Made by a program: the position numbers and the translations under genes | Notes under the pieces: model-generated | What the model was told of the DNA's origin: nothing | Seen by the model: only the letters and a program-made list of their open reading frames with translations | Databases searched by the model: none | From: a virus | Taxonomy: Duplodnaviria > Caudoviricetes | DNA: 64,000 nt | Reading direction: 5' to 3' (one strand) | IMG/VR virus record: IMGVR_UViG_2823817231_000001 | Coordinates: 1 to 64,000 of that record | Shown: positions 8,933 through 18,110 of the stretch, one piece after another | Layout: each line of letters starts with the position of its first letter | Numbering within the stretch: position 1 is the stretch's first letter

Positions 8933-9213
8933 GCGCGCCCTATGACATGTCCGACCAGATGGAGCGGACGCGGGCGCTGTTTGCGGCGATCCTGGGCGAG
9001 CTGCACCCAGTGATCCGCGAAGCGCGCGACCAGAAGCGAAATCCGATAGATGTGGCAGAAGTCATCTCCAATGCCGTGGGCAATGCGCTGGGCATGGTGA
9101 TTGGCACGTTGCCGGAACCGCATCGCGGGGAAGTGCTGGCGAGGTTTATCGCGGGACTGCCGACATTCGTTGCCGCTTGGCAGGGCGATGCTCCGAAGGG
9201 CGGTGTGCAGTGA
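8929..9213 (+). CDS. Hypothetical phage protein
   Basis: ATGA-coupled ORF. Confidence 0.6.
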   Translation: MSAPYDMSDQMERTRALFAAILGELHPVIREARDQKRNPIDVAEVISNAVGNALGMVIGTLPEPHRGEVLARFIAGLPTFVAAWQGDAPKGGVQ

Positions 9214-9680
9214 GCCCCGCCCTCGCCCGGATCAAGCGCGCGGTGCGCAAGGCGATTGGTCATAGCGGCGGGATCGACGGGGCTGCCGCCACGGTCGAGC
9301 GAAGCCGGTCCACCGTGGGGGATTGGAACAATCTGAACACGGACACTTTTCCGCCGCTCGATTGTGCCTTCGCCATGGATGAAATTGCGGTGGCCGAGGG
9401 GCAGTTGCCGCCGGTGATCTGCGCGATGGCGCGCGAGCTGGGCGGCGTGTTCGTGCCCGCGATCGATGTGGGGGCGGATGAAGGTTCGCCCGCGTTTCTG
9501 GCGATGCAGCTGGCCCAGACGCTGGGTGAGGTATCGGGCGAAATTGCGCGGTCTTTGGCCGATGACAACCGGATTGATCACCGCGAGGCGGCAAGGTGCA
9601 GCGACAAACTGCACGCGCATAATCGCATCGCCGCCCAGTTGCAGCAGCAGCTTGAGAAGATCCTGAAGGAGGGGGAATGA
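9210..9680 (+). CDS. CII-like phage regulator
   Basis: N-terminal HTH and helical C-terminus (LADDNRIDHREA); position after cro. Confidence 0.65.
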   Translation: MSPALARIKRAVRKAIGHSGGIDGAAATVERSRSTVGDWNNLNTDTFPPLDCAFAMDEIAVAEGQLPPVICAMARELGGVFVPAIDVGADEGSPAFLAMQLAQTLGEVSGEIARSLADDNRIDHREAARCSDKLHAHNRIAAQLQQQLEKILKEGE

Positions 9681-10180
9681 CGCAGGATCAGGCCCTTTAT
9701 GCAGACCTGCGCCAGTTGAGGGCATGGTTCCGCAATACCGGACCGGGCGGCGGGCGCGTGATCTATGCCGTGGGCGCCGGGCCTGATCCGGAGCATGAGG
9801 TTGTGCGGCAGGTCAATGCTTGGCGCCGCGCGGGCGATGTTGTCACGGTGCAGCAGCGCGTTAACGGTCGCCTGCATTATCTGGTCGAGAGGTCAAGGCG
9901 CGATAAGGGCCGGGCCGCGACCATCGCGCCCGATATGGCCGAAACGGTCGAGGGGCGCATGTTCGCGGCCATTGATCGCGCGGCGCAAAAGGGGATGCCC
10001 TGCCCCAGCTACACAGATTTGGCCGATGCGCTGGGCCTGCGCGACAAGCAGGCGGCGGCGCATCGGTTTCGCAAGCTGGTCAGCGCCGGGCTGATCAGTG
10101 TCCGGGATATTGGCGGCAGGCGGGTGGTCACGATTGTCGAGACGGGCGCCAGCACCGCAAGCGGAGTGGCCGCACCATGA
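9677..10180 (+). CDS. Winged-helix DNA-binding protein
   Basis: PCPSYTDLADALGL...FRKLVSAGLI. Confidence 0.7.
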   Translation: MTQDQALYADLRQLRAWFRNTGPGGGRVIYAVGAGPDPEHEVVRQVNAWRRAGDVVTVQQRVNGRLHYLVERSRRDKGRAATIAPDMAETVEGRMFAAIDRAAQKGMPCPSYTDLADALGLRDKQAAAHRFRKLVSAGLISVRDIGGRRVVTIVETGASTASGVAAP

Positions 10181-10551
10181 AGCAATCCATTCATGAATTG
10201 CCCGCCGTGTGGGGCTTTGCGCCCGAGACGCATCAGGGCGAAAACCTTGTTGGGCGGCTGGAAGTGGTGGGCGGCGGCGAAATCCGCGTTCGGCTGAGCA
10301 TCTGGCCTGAAGGTCTGCGCCGCAATGGTGAGCGCTATGCCTTTGTCGGGCGCGAGCGGCTGCACCACATGGCCGATGATATCGAGCGGGCTCTGGCCGG
10401 TGACGATGGCTCGGCCGAGGTGCTGCTGGTGTGTGGAGAGCCATTTCCGGCGCAGCAGGTCCACGCGATGCAGCGCATCTTTTCCGGTTTGATCGAGCAG
10501 TTGAAGGAAATCGGTTATGACCTTCCAGAGCCGACCAACGCGCAAAAGTGA
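10177..10551 (+). CDS. Hypothetical phage protein
   Basis: Coupled ORF. Confidence 0.6.
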   Translation: MKQSIHELPAVWGFAPETHQGENLVGRLEVVGGGEIRVRLSIWPEGLRRNGERYAFVGRERLHHMADDIERALAGDDGSAEVLLVCGEPFPAQQVHAMQRIFSGLIEQLKEIGYDLPEPTNAQK

Positions 10552-10578
10552 CGTGATTTCCACCGTTTGAGGTGACCC

Positions 10579-10761
10579 ATGAGCAAGTTGAACAAGGCCA
10601 TCCGCGCCATCGGCAAACGCCGGGCGCGGAACAGGGAAGTGCGTGCCCGCTCCAGGCGGGCCGAACGGCGCGATGTGGCGCAGCAGCTGGCCGCGATGGT
10701 GCGGCACGATCCGGTGAGCGGGGTGCAGATCCTGCCTGATCAAGGGAGCGAGGCGGAATGA
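10579..10761 (+). CDS. Small basic hypothetical protein
   Basis: RBS GAGGTG; coupled to next ORF. Confidence 0.55.
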   Translation: MSKLNKAIRAIGKRRARNREVRARSRRAERRDVAQQLAAMVRHDPVSGVQILPDQGSEAE

Positions 10762-10958
10762 GCGCGCAGGATGATATCGGGCCGGTTGGCCGGTTGCGGA
10801 AGTTGCCGAACTGGCGTGTTTTGCAGTTGGCAGAACAGGTCAAGGGTTTGGCCAGTGCCGCTGTTGATCATGCCCGGAGTGGTGATGTGAACAGCCTTAT
10901 GGCAGCCAGAAAGGCGCTCGAAAAAATCGAACAGCTGTTGGCGGATGGTGGCGAATAA
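10758..10958 (+). CDS. Small hypothetical protein
   Basis: Coupled between neighbours. Confidence 0.55.
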   Translation: MSAQDDIGPVGRLRKLPNWRVLQLAEQVKGLASAAVDHARSGDVNSLMAARKALEKIEQLLADGGE

Positions 10959-12676
10959 TGGCCCTGCCCGCTTCATTCCTCGACGCGCTGCGCGATCGGG
11001 TGAAACTGTCCGAACTGATCGGTCAGACTGTCAAGGTCGTGAAAGCCGGGCGGGAGTTTAAGGCCTGCTGTCCGTTTCACGGTGAGAAAACGCCCAGCTT
11101 CACCATCAATGATGCCAAAGGTTTCTATCACTGTTTCGGGTGCGGCGCCCATGGCGATGTGATCCGGTGGATGATGGATGGCCAAGGGCTGGGCTTCATT
11201 GATGCGGTGAAAGAGCTGGCCGCGCGTGTGGGTGTCGATATGCCGGAGGCCAGCCCGGAACAGCGCCAACGCGAGGAACGGATCGACACCGCTCGCGCCG
11301 CGCTGGACAAGGCACAGGCCATTTATCGCCGGCAGCTTGAACCGGCTGGTGCGGTGCTGGAATATCTAAGCCAGCGGCGCATCGGGCCGGAGGAAATCGA
11401 GGTATTCGGCATCGGTTATGCGCGCGGACAGGATGGGTCGCTGCGCGGTTCGGGCATTGGTGAGCGGTTGGGCGTGATGGCCGGGCTGTTGGTGCGGCGC
11501 GAGGATGAGAGCCTGCGCGAGGTCTTTTATGATCGCATCACCATTCCCATTCATGATGCGCGCGGGAGGCTGGTGGGTTTTGGCGGCCGGGTTTGGCCGG
11601 GGCGGCGGGGCGATCAGCCCAAATTCGTCAATTCGCCCGACAGTCCGATTTTCGACAAGGGCCGGACACTGTTCAATCTACATCGTGCAGCACCAGCGGC
11701 CCGACCGCTGGCCGCGAACCGGCTGATCGTGGTCGAAGGTTATTTCGACGTGGTGGCCATGACGCGTGGGGGTTTTCCCGAATGTGTTGCGCCCATGGGC
11801 ACAGCCTTGACCGAAGCGCAGCTTGAGCGGCTTTGGCGGGTGCATCATCGGCCGATCCTGTTGTTCGATGGGGATAAGGCAGGGCGCGCGGCGGCCTTGC
11901 GCGCGGCGAAGCTGGCCCTGCCCGCGCTTGGGCCGGGGCGCGAATTGCGCGTTGCCTTATTGCCGGAAGGCAAAGACCCGGATGATTTGTTGCTTCTCGA
12001 TGCCAGCGGCATGGGCAAGCGGGTGATTGTAGGCGCCCTTGAAGCGGCCAAGCCACCACATGAATTGCTGTTTGAGGCAACCGCCGATGGGGTCGATCGC
12101 GAGTCGGCGCCAGAGGCCATTGCCCAGGTGTGGGCCCAACTGGCGGATATGGCCGGGCAGATCTCGGAGCCGGAAACGCGGGCGCAATATCTGGGCTTGT
12201 GGCGTGCGCGGTTTGAGCGCGAGATATCCGCGGTGCCCCAGATCGTGCCCGAACAGGCGTTGCACTCGATCACCTATGCCGATGATGGCGATTACGCCTT
12301 TCCCGAAAGTGAAAGCGACAGTGCCGGACGGTTGATCGCTCTTGTGCGGGCCGTGTTGAAGCGGCGCGAGGAGCGGCGCGCCATCACCGAGGAAATCAGG
12401 GAATTGATGAAAATGGCCGAATTGGCGGGCTTTCAAAAGAAGGCCATCACCGCCGCGGTGCAGGATATCGAAAGTGATCTGGAGCACGGCCCGGCCAAGC
12501 GGGAAGAGGATGAAATGCAGCGGGTCTTGTATCGGCGCGTGTTGGGCATTCGTGGGCCCATGACAGAGGCAATGATGCCCCAGTTGATTGAAGGCCGCCC
12601 GCGCGGGGCCAGTCCGCAAATCAAGCGGCGGGCTACGGTTCATGCCCTGATCGATGCGGGTGGTGCCTCGGTATGA
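10958..12676 (+). CDS. dnaG: DnaG-type primase with C-terminal GapR/DUF2312-like domain
   Basis: CHC2 finger CPFHGEKTPSF...HCFGCG; TOPRIM VVEGYFDV, LFDGDKAG, KDPDD; GapR-like helices at about 12317-12550. Confidence 0.92.
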   Translation: MALPASFLDALRDRVKLSELIGQTVKVVKAGREFKACCPFHGEKTPSFTINDAKGFYHCFGCGAHGDVIRWMMDGQGLGFIDAVKELAARVGVDMPEASPEQRQREERIDTARAALDKAQAIYRRQLEPAGAVLEYLSQRRIGPEEIEVFGIGYARGQDGSLRGSGIGERLGVMAGLLVRREDESLREVFYDRITIPIHDARGRLVGFGGRVWPGRRGDQPKFVNSPDSPIFDKGRTLFNLHRAAPAARPLAANRLIVVEGYFDVVAMTRGGFPECVAPMGTALTEAQLERLWRVHHRPILLFDGDKAGRAAALRAAKLALPALGPGRELRVALLPEGKDPDDLLLLDASGMGKRVIVGALEAAKPPHELLFEATADGVDRESAPEAIAQVWAQLADMAGQISEPETRAQYLGLWRARFEREISAVPQIVPEQALHSITYADDGDYAFPESESDSAGRLIALVRAVLKRREERRAITEEIRELMKMAELAGFQKKAITAAVQDIESDLEHGPAKREEDEMQRVLYRRVLGIRGPMTEAMMPQLIEGRPRGASPQIKRRATVHALIDAGGASV

Positions 12677-14331
12677 AGGCGATGTCCGCATTGGAGCGGT
12701 CGAAATTGCCCTTGAACGATCTGGGCAATGCGAAACGGGTGTATGAGGCCGCCGAAGGTCGGTTGCTGTGGCTGGCCGATGCGGCAGGCGGGAAAGGCGG
12801 CTGGATTGCCTTTGACGGCGTGCGTTGGTCCGCCGATGTGGGTCCGGCGCATGCGCTCTCCTATGCCCAACGCGCGGCGATGGCCATCACTGATGAAGTT
12901 CATGCCCTGCGCGAGGCGGAGCCGGATGAGCTGGCCCGCGTCTATGGCGGCAGGTTCAGCAAGGAAATGGCGGATGAGCGCGTCAATCTGCTTTGGGCTT
13001 GGGCGATGAAGTCCGGCGATTCGGCCAAGACAACCGGCATGCTGGCCCAGTTTAAGGGTCTTCGCGATTATGAGGCATCGGGCGGTGATGTGGTTGAGGC
13101 ACCTTTTATCACTCAAGCATGGTCGCGGGATTTCGATGCCAGGCCGATGGCATATCATTGCGCCAATGGAACGTTGCTGTTCGAGAAATTGCCGGGAGGG
13201 GAATGGATGCACCGTTTCGAGCCGGGGCATCGGCCTGCCGATCGCTTCATGCAGGTAGGCAATGTCGCCTATGATCCCGATGCGGTGCCCACCGAATGGA
13301 TGAAGCGTATGGAAGTGATGCACCACGATCCGGTGCAACGACAAGCCCTGCGCCGGATCTACGGCATGACGCTGACGGCGCTGATATCCGATCAGGCGTT
13401 CTACATCTTTCAGGGTAAGGGGCAGGACGGCAAGAGCGTCACCAATGATATTATCTGTCAGCTGCACGGCGCCTATGCACGCAGGGCCGATCCCAAAACG
13501 TTTCTGGAAGGACCATCACAGGCCAGCGCCTCGCATCAAAGCGACATTGTACGCCTTTCGGGCGATGTGCGGCTGGTAGTCATGGATGAGCCCAAAAAGG
13601 GCAGTACATGGGATGGACAGCGCATCAAGCAGGCCACGGGCAGCGAGATGATTGCGCGCGGGGCCCATGCCACCACGGAATTGAGCTTTAAGCCGCATTG
13701 GCAGCTGATCGCGGAATGCAACGGGCTACCCAAGCCGCCCAGCGATGATCGCGGGTTTCGCCGGCGCTTCAAGCTCTATCCGTGGGTGGTGCAGTTCGGC
13801 GTCACGCCCGGCGTGGCGGATGAGCCGGTGCATCTGGTCACTGCCCGGTTGATGGCGGAGAGTTCTGGTATTCTGAACTGGATGATCGAAGGCTGTCTGG
13901 AATGGCTTGCCGATGGAAACATACCGGAGCCGGAAATGGCGAAACGGGCTACGGCCTCGTTCTGGTCGGCCAGCAGCGCTTTGGGCGAATGGATCGAGCG
14001 GTGTTGCGATATTACCGATCCGGAAGCCCGGTCGGAGGCTACGGCCCTGTATCAGCACTTCCGCCAGTTCTGTATCGAGCGCGGCGATAAGGAGGATCAC
14101 ATCCTCAAGCAGACCAGCTTTGGACTGCGCCTGAACGAAGCCCAGATCTATTCCGTGCCAAATCATTCAACTGGCAAGAAAGAACGTGTGGGTATCCGCC
14201 TGAAGGGTGCTGGCGACCTGGCCGGTTATGCGTCTACACACGGTGCCCCGCGCGCCAGCGATAGCACCGGCTCTCAGGATTGGGATAACCTGCCTGATGT
14301 CGATGATGATCCGTTCGGCGGCCCGGCGTAG
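12673..14331 (+). CDS. P4/D5-family SF3 helicase with C-terminal winged helix
   Basis: D5_N-like NDLGNAKR; Walker A GKGQDGKS; Walker B VVMDE; DRGFRRR. Confidence 0.88.
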   Translation: MKAMSALERSKLPLNDLGNAKRVYEAAEGRLLWLADAAGGKGGWIAFDGVRWSADVGPAHALSYAQRAAMAITDEVHALREAEPDELARVYGGRFSKEMADERVNLLWAWAMKSGDSAKTTGMLAQFKGLRDYEASGGDVVEAPFITQAWSRDFDARPMAYHCANGTLLFEKLPGGEWMHRFEPGHRPADRFMQVGNVAYDPDAVPTEWMKRMEVMHHDPVQRQALRRIYGMTLTALISDQAFYIFQGKGQDGKSVTNDIICQLHGAYARRADPKTFLEGPSQASASHQSDIVRLSGDVRLVVMDEPKKGSTWDGQRIKQATGSEMIARGAHATTELSFKPHWQLIAECNGLPKPPSDDRGFRRRFKLYPWVVQFGVTPGVADEPVHLVTARLMAESSGILNWMIEGCLEWLADGNIPEPEMAKRATASFWSASSALGEWIERCCDITDPEARSEATALYQHFRQFCIERGDKEDHILKQTSFGLRLNEAQIYSVPNHSTGKKERVGIRLKGAGDLAGYASTHGAPRASDSTGSQDWDNLPDVDDDPFGGPA

Positions 14332-14342
14332 CGATGTTGTGT

Positions 14343-14520
14343 CAACTGTTCGGCCAACTGTCTGCTCAACTGTCTGAAAGACTATCAGGCGATAATGATC
14401 GGACCAGAAGCTGGCAGGAAAAAGAGCGGCGATTTTGGGCAACTGAACAGTTGAACAAACACCCGCCAGACAGTTGGCCAGACAGTTTGAGCGCTTGATT
14501 TCGCGGGGTTTCCGACAGTC
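14343..14520. other. Candidate replication origin (iterons)
   Basis: CAACTGT at 14343, 14355, 14367 (12-bp period); palindrome CAACTGAACAGTTG 14440-14453; inverted GACAGTT at 14469 and 14481. Confidence 0.65.
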
Positions 14521-14610
14521 CTAACACCTTTGCGCCCAATTGATACCGGGCCTGTGTGCGCACCCACGCGAGAATATGAAATCTGTAGTTAACTGTAGGG
14601 GTATCGGAAG

Positions 14611-15075
14611 ATGGCTAGAAAGGACGTTGAGCTTGAAGCGGCTGAGAACACGCTGATCGAGGCGTGGGATGCGCTGATGCGGGTGCCTGACCGGGAAAAG
14701 GGCTGGCTGCGTGCGGGAGAGCGGTGTTGGTGGCCGGAGATCGTGCGTGATGCGGTCACCGACTATAAGGCGGATGAAGCGCCCCGGCGCCCGTTGAGCC
14801 GCCGTGAGGTCGATCTGATGGATCGCGTGTTCATCCAGCCGGGTGCGTTGGTGATGATGCTGACGGATGATCAGCGCCGCCTGTTGGGCATTGTGCTGGC
14901 CCACAAGAGCCGCAAGATGGGTGAGGATGGGTTCTGGCCTGCGGTGCTGGGTGCATGGCGCAGGCTGCCCGGTAATGCCAAGCTGGGCACCACAGACGGG
15001 TTACGGGTGCGCTATGAGCGGGCATTGCAGCGGTTGGCGCGGGCGGGTGGATTGGTGGCGCTCTCGGCTTGGTGA
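14611..15075 (+). CDS. Putative late-gene regulator
   Basis: Position between replication and packaging; C-terminal basic helix LRVRYERALQRL. Confidence 0.55.
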   Translation: MARKDVELEAAENTLIEAWDALMRVPDREKGWLRAGERCWWPEIVRDAVTDYKADEAPRRPLSRREVDLMDRVFIQPGALVMMLTDDQRRLLGIVLAHKSRKMGEDGFWPAVLGAWRRLPGNAKLGTTDGLRVRYERALQRLARAGGLVALSAW

Positions 15076-15249
15076 GTCAGGAGATTGGCGGATTTGCTGG
15101 GGGTTGACGTGTCAAGAGTCTTCAACCCTCAACCCCCTAAATAAAGGGTGTTCGTTTCAACCCCTGTTTGGGGGTAACGTAGGTCATCATCGGGGCATCG
15201 CGTGTTGATCGCTGGATGCCCCGGCTCTCTCTTCGAAAGGTTTGGTGGC

Positions 15250-15567
15250 ATGGCGGGCAAGCGCAGGCTGATGGCCGCGCCCGGTCGGCTGGTGGCGGCG
15301 AAGCCTCGATTGGTGGCTAAGCCCAAGGTAGCAGAGCCTATCTATCAGTCGGCAGAGTGGCGGGCCTTGCGGGATGCGAGGCGGAAGGATGCCGACTATC
15401 GGTGTGCGGTGTGCGGGTCGAAGCATCGGCTGATCCTCGACCACATCCGCGAGATCAGGGATGGCGGCGCGAGGTTCGACCCGAAGAACACGCAATGGCT
15501 TTGCAGGGTTCACCATGGGGTGAAGACCGAGGAGGCCAAGAGGGCGCGGGTTGGGTTGGTCGGGTGA
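15250..15567 (+). CDS. Terminase-associated HNH endonuclease
   Basis: CAVCG...LDHIREIRDGG...KNTQWLCRVHHGVKT. Confidence 0.88.
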   Translation: MAGKRRLMAAPGRLVAAKPRLVAKPKVAEPIYQSAEWRALRDARRKDADYRCAVCGSKHRLILDHIREIRDGGARFDPKNTQWLCRVHHGVKTEEAKRARVGLVG

Positions 15568-15771
15568 CTGGGTAGGCCGACCAGCGCAAGGCCTCCAAAT
15601 CATTGAAAAATGGCTGATTTCAGCCACTTTCGCGGGGTCGAATGGGTGCAGCGAGGGTGCCTCGACCATCCACCTGTGACATTGATGCAACACCAAAGGG
15701 GGGGGGTGGGTCAAAATCGGGGGGTCTGGGCCGTCTATCACCGCCCCTCCCCCCATTCGGAGATTTTTTCC

Positions 15772-16278
15772 TTGGTCGATGAAATTTCGGACGCTGAACC
15801 GGGCCTGTTTGGCTGGGTTCCGGCCCCTGCAAAGGGGCAAGGGCGACCGGCCTATCTATGGACAAAAGAAAAATCTAATAAAGTCATGTGCTTATTTGCA
15901 TCAAGCCATTCGGTTAAAGATGCCGCTGCCGTTTTAGGCTGCGATGCCAAGACCTTCCGCAAGGTTTTTTCCCGCGAGGTGAAGTACCGCGAGATCGCGA
16001 TGCTCATTATCCGGTCGGGTATGATGGCGACCTTAGTAGCCGAAGCCGAGGGTGGCAGCGTCTCGGCTATCAAGCATTTGGACAAGATGCTGGCTGCCGA
16101 AAAGATGCGGGTGGATAGCGCTGGTTTTGCAGATAAGCCTGCCGCTGCTCAGAAGGCAGCTGCCAAGCCCAAGGGCCTCAAGGAAACCCGGCGTGAGAAT
16201 GCCTATACCGCTGGTGTAGGCGATGATGAATGGGGAACCCTGCTTCATGGCAGTGTGCCAACTGGCGCCCCCAACTGA
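15772..16278 (+). CDS. Terminase small subunit (TTG start)
   Basis: GRPAY...HTH; directly upstream of TerL; GGAG RBS. Confidence 0.65.
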   Translation: MVDEISDAEPGLFGWVPAPAKGQGRPAYLWTKEKSNKVMCLFASSHSVKDAAAVLGCDAKTFRKVFSREVKYREIAMLIIRSGMMATLVAEAEGGSVSAIKHLDKMLAAEKMRVDSAGFADKPAAAQKAAAKPKGLKETRRENAYTAGVGDDEWGTLLHGSVPTGAPN

Positions 16279-16280
16279 CC

Positions 16281-18107
16281 ATGGGTGATATGAGCGGTGG
16301 GTGGGATTTCTCCTGCCCTGACTGGAAAGATCGGCTTGCCGAGGGGCGCAGCCTGATCCCTTCCTTGCCGCTTAATCGCGAACTGGCCAACCGTGCGGTC
16401 AAGATCTTCAACAAACTGCGCCTGCCCGATGTGGTGGGCCTGCCGGAATTGCGGACGCATGGCGGCAACTGGCAGCGGGAAATTCCGGCTGTCATCTTTG
16501 GTTCACTGGATAGGAACGGTCGGCGGCATGTCCGCAAGCTGCTGAACCTGATCCCGAAGAAGAACAACAAAACCACCGGCAGCGCAGCTATCATGCTGAC
16601 CGCGCTGCTGATGGATGATGAACCGCGCCAGAGCTATTCGCTGTTGGGCGCAACACAGAAGATTTCCAACCGTGCCTTCGCCCAGGCGGAGGGCATGATC
16701 CTTGCCGATCCGGTTCTAAAAGACCGATTTCATATTCAGGCTTACAACAAGACGATCAAGGATCAGGTCACCGACTCGATCCTTTCGGTTCAGACCTTCG
16801 ACGAAAAGATCGTCACGGGCGAAATCCCCAAAGGCGCGCTGGTCGATGAACTGCATATTTTGGGCAAGGTCCATTATGCAAGCCGCGTCTGGGGCCAGTT
16901 ATGGGGCGGCATGGTGGCCCGTCCGGGTGCTTTCCTGCTGGCGATCACCACGCAATCCGATGAACCGCCCGCCGGGCTGTTTAAGGAAGAGTTGGATCTG
17001 GCCCGCGCAATCCGCGACGGGCGATTGACGGGCAAGGCAGCCAATACCCTGCCCCTGCTCTATGAGTATCCGGAAGAGATCCAGACGGATCGCAACCGGC
17101 CATGGAAGAACCCGGCAATGTGGCCGATGGTGCTTCCCAACCTTGGGCTGTCATGCCACCTCGACCTGTTGGAAGAGAATTTTGCCGAGGCAGAGGCTAA
17201 AGGCGAGGCGGAGCTTATCCGCTGGGCCTCGCAGCATCTGAATATTCAGCTGGGCCTTGGCCTTCATGCGGCGCGGTGGCGCGGTGCGGATTACTGGCTG
17301 TCGCGCGCGGCTCCGCAAACCGGTGTGCCGTGCGATGATGAGGTGCAGCCGGATACGGGTATGCCGCCGTCCGACAGGGCCGATCTGTCGAATATTGATT
17401 GTACGCTGACACTGGCCACGCTGCTGGCGCGGTGCGAAGTGGTAACGGTCGGTATTGATGGCGGCGGCCTGGATGACCTTTTTGCCCTGACCGTAGTCGG
17501 CCGCGAAAAGGATACGGGGCGCTGGTTGATGTGGACGCGCGCTTGGGCGGTGCGGTCGGTGCTGGACCTGCGTAAGGACATTGCATCATACCTGCTTGAT
17601 TTCGAACGTGATGGCGATCTGAAACTGGTGCCCATTCTGGATGATATCATCCAGCAGGCGGCCGATTTGCTGGATACCATCCGCAACAGCAACAAGCTTC
17701 CCGAAGCCGGTGGCATCGGCCTTGATATGGCCCTGATCGGGGCGCTGGTCGATGAACTTGTGAAGCGGGGATATGACGCGGGCGATGCTGTCAGCGGCCG
17801 TTCCGGCCTGATCGAACCTATCGCCCAGAATGCGAAAAACCTCTCATCCGCGATCTGGACGGCGGAAACCAAACTGCATGGCGGCAAACTTCACCATCCC
17901 GGCCAGGGGATCATGACCTGGTGCGTGGGCAATGCCAAATCGGAAGACAGGGGAAACGGCGTGTATATCAGCAAGCAGGCAACCGGGCGGGGGAAGATCG
18001 ACCCCCTGATTGCCGGTTTCAACGCCATCAAGCTGATGGAGCGTTCGCCCGTAGCCGCCGGGCCCAGCGAATCGGTCTATGCCACGCGCGGCCTTTTGGT
18101 GCTCTGA
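16281..18107 (+). CDS. terL: Terminase large subunit
   Basis: IPKKNNKTT Walker A variant, LVDELH, GIDGGGLDDL, GKIDPLIA. Confidence 0.93.
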   Translation: MGDMSGGWDFSCPDWKDRLAEGRSLIPSLPLNRELANRAVKIFNKLRLPDVVGLPELRTHGGNWQREIPAVIFGSLDRNGRRHVRKLLNLIPKKNNKTTGSAAIMLTALLMDDEPRQSYSLLGATQKISNRAFAQAEGMILADPVLKDRFHIQAYNKTIKDQVTDSILSVQTFDEKIVTGEIPKGALVDELHILGKVHYASRVWGQLWGGMVARPGAFLLAITTQSDEPPAGLFKEELDLARAIRDGRLTGKAANTLPLLYEYPEEIQTDRNRPWKNPAMWPMVLPNLGLSCHLDLLEENFAEAEAKGEAELIRWASQHLNIQLGLGLHAARWRGADYWLSRAAPQTGVPCDDEVQPDTGMPPSDRADLSNIDCTLTLATLLARCEVVTVGIDGGGLDDLFALTVVGREKDTGRWLMWTRAWAVRSVLDLRKDIASYLLDFERDGDLKLVPILDDIIQQAADLLDTIRNSNKLPEAGGIGLDMALIGALVDELVKRGYDAGDAVSGRSGLIEPIAQNAKNLSSAIWTAETKLHGGKLHHPGQGIMTWCVGNAKSEDRGNGVYISKQATGRGKIDPLIAGFNAIKLMERSPVAAGPSESVYATRGLLVL

Positions 18108-18110
18108 TCC

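Noticed and set aside
10958-12676. Host chromosomal dnaG
   Set aside because: Coupled within the phage early operon, no rpoD neighbour and an atypical C-terminus.
17305-17400. Short duplicated segment in TerL (PQTGVPCDD / PDTGMPPSD) as an intein or intron
   Set aside because: About 30 aa, in frame, no splicing motifs; likely a linker insertion.
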